A stretch of 64,000 bases of DNA from positions 76,572,001 to 76,636,000 of the forward strand of contig NC_086097.1 in assembly GCF_963921235.1 (NCBI RefSeq). Direction: 5' to 3'. This document shows, piece by piece, positions 62,233 through 64,000 of this stretch (position 1 is its first letter; each line of letters opens with the position of its first letter). The notes below the pieces were generated by a model. The model saw nothing but the letters and a program-made list of their open reading frames with translations, was not told the origin of the DNA and made no database searches. A program made the position numbers and the translations under genes. The DNA is from Mobula hypostoma. Its lineage: Eukaryota.

Positions 62233-64000
62233 TAGAACACAGAACATAGAATAGTACAGCACAGTACAGGCCCTTCAGCCCACAATGTTGTGCCGACTCT
62301 TAAACCCTGCCTCCTATATAACCCCCCCCCACCTTAAATTCCTCCATATACCTGTCTAGTAGTCTCTTAAATTTCACTGGTGTATCTGCCTCCACCACTG
62401 ACTCAGGCAGTGCATTCCACGCACCAACCACTCTCTGAGTAAAAAAACCTTCCTCTAATATCCCCCTTGAACTTCCCACCCCTTACCTTAAAGCCATGTC
62501 CTCTTGTATTGAGCAGTGGTGCCCTGGGGAAGAGGCGCTGGCTGTCCACTCTATCTATTCCTCTTAATATCTTGTCTACCTCTATCATGTCTCCTCTCAC
62601 TTCCTTCTCTTCAAAGAGTAAAGCCCGAGCTCCCGTAATCTCTGATTATAATGCATATTCTCTAAACTAGGTAGCATCATGGTAAATCTCCTCTGTACCC
62701 TTTCCAGTGCTTCCACACCCTTCCTATAGTGAGATGACCAGAACTGGACACAGTACTCCAAATGTGGCCTGACCAGAGTTTTATAGAGCTACATTATTAC
62801 ATCGCGACTCTTAAACTCTATCCCTCGACTTATGAAAGCTAACACCCCATAAGCTTTCTTAACTACCCTATCTACCTGTGAGGTAACTTTAGGGAATCTG
62901 TGGACATGTACCCCCTGATCCCTCTGCTCCTCCACACTACCAAGTATCCTGCCATTTACTTTGTACTCTGCCTTGGAGTTTTTCCTTCCAAGGTGTACCA
63001 CCTCACACTTCTCTGGGTTGAACTCCATCTGCCACTTCTCAGCCCACTTCTGCATCCTATCAATGTCTCTCTGCAATCTTTGACATTCCTCTACACTATC
63101 TACAACACCACCAACCTTTGTGTCGTCTGCAAACTTGCCAACCCACCCTTCTACCCCCACATCCAGGTCGTTAATAAAAATCACGAAAAGTAGAGGTCCC
63201 AGAACAGATCTTTGTGGGACACCACTAGTCACAATCCTCCAATCTGAATGTACTCCCTCCACCACCACCCTCTGCCTTCTGCAGGCAAACCAATTCTGAA
63301 TCCACCTGGCTAAATTTCCCTGGATCCCATGCCTTCTGACTTTCTGAACAATCCTACCATGTGGAACCTTGTCAAATGCCTTACTAAAATCCATGTAGAT
63401 CACATCCACTGCACTACCCTCATCTATATGCCTGGTGACCTCCTCAAAGAACTCTATCAGGCTTGTTAGACATGATCTGCCCTTCACAAAGCTATACTGA
63501 CTGTCCCTGATCAGACCATGATTCTCTAAATGCCCATAAATCCTATTTCTAAGAATCTTTTCCAACAGCTTTCCCACCACAGACGTAAGGCTCACTGGTC
63601 TATAATTACCCAGACTATCCCTACTACCTTTTCTGAACAAAGGGACAACATTTGCCTCCCTCCAATCCTCTGGTACCATTCCCATAGACAACGAGGACAT
63701 AAAGATTCTAGCCAGAGGCTCAGCAGTCTCTTTCCTCGCCTCGTGGAGCAGCCTGGGGAATATTCCATCAGGCCCCGGGTACTTATCTGTCCTAATGTAT
63801 TTTAACAAATCTAATACCTCCTCTCCCTTAATAACAACATGCTCCAGAACATCAACCTGACTCATATTGTCCTCACCATCATCAAGTTCCCTCTCATTGG
63901 TGAATACCAATGAGAAGTATTCATTGAGGACCTCGCTCACTTCCACAGCCTCCAGGCACATCTACCCACCTTTATCTCTAATCGGTCCTACCTTCACTCC
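62233..64000 (-). mobile_element. CR1 LINE with a largely open RT frame (62789-63961); continues beyond the window
   Basis: PGPDGI.P, NYRPVSLTS, YMDFSKAFDKV, SGVPQ.SVLGP, KFADDTK; 3' tail (TTCTATG)n-like at 62233-62253. Confidence 0.92.

Overview
Eukaryotic (vertebrate) genomic DNA, most likely a cartilaginous fish such as a ray. This is inferred from the repeat landscape: CR1, Rex1, Nimb, Penelope and V-SINE/HE1-like SINEs. The only host gene is formin-1 (FMN1) on the minus strand: a ~2 kb first coding exon (12646-10614, ATG at 12519) and a candidate CpG-rich TATA promoter with a non-coding first exon at ~33.8-34.2 kb. The rest is mostly nested, decayed transposons: a Nimb/I LINE, a full-length Gypsy with both LTRs (13796-21722), three other Gypsy remnants, CR1/L1/Tx1/Rex1 fragments, Penelope-like elements, and hAT, Tc1, Tigger and mariner DNA transposons. 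The most notable observations are three. (1) A decayed pol-less endogenous retrovirus (58421-~62200, minus) combines a class III (ERV-L/ERV-S-like) gag, a tRNA-Ser PBS and a gamma-type env, and is not recognisable as such from the ORF track. (2) Minimal hammerhead-ribozyme motifs occur in Penelope ends, including a ~285 bp non-coding foldback unit with its own 11-12 bp TSD. (3) A miniature LTR element with a ~160 bp interior has a Tf1/sushi-type self-priming signature. All calls were made by eye; boundaries of decayed repeats are approximate unless a TSD, TIR or LTR end is quoted.
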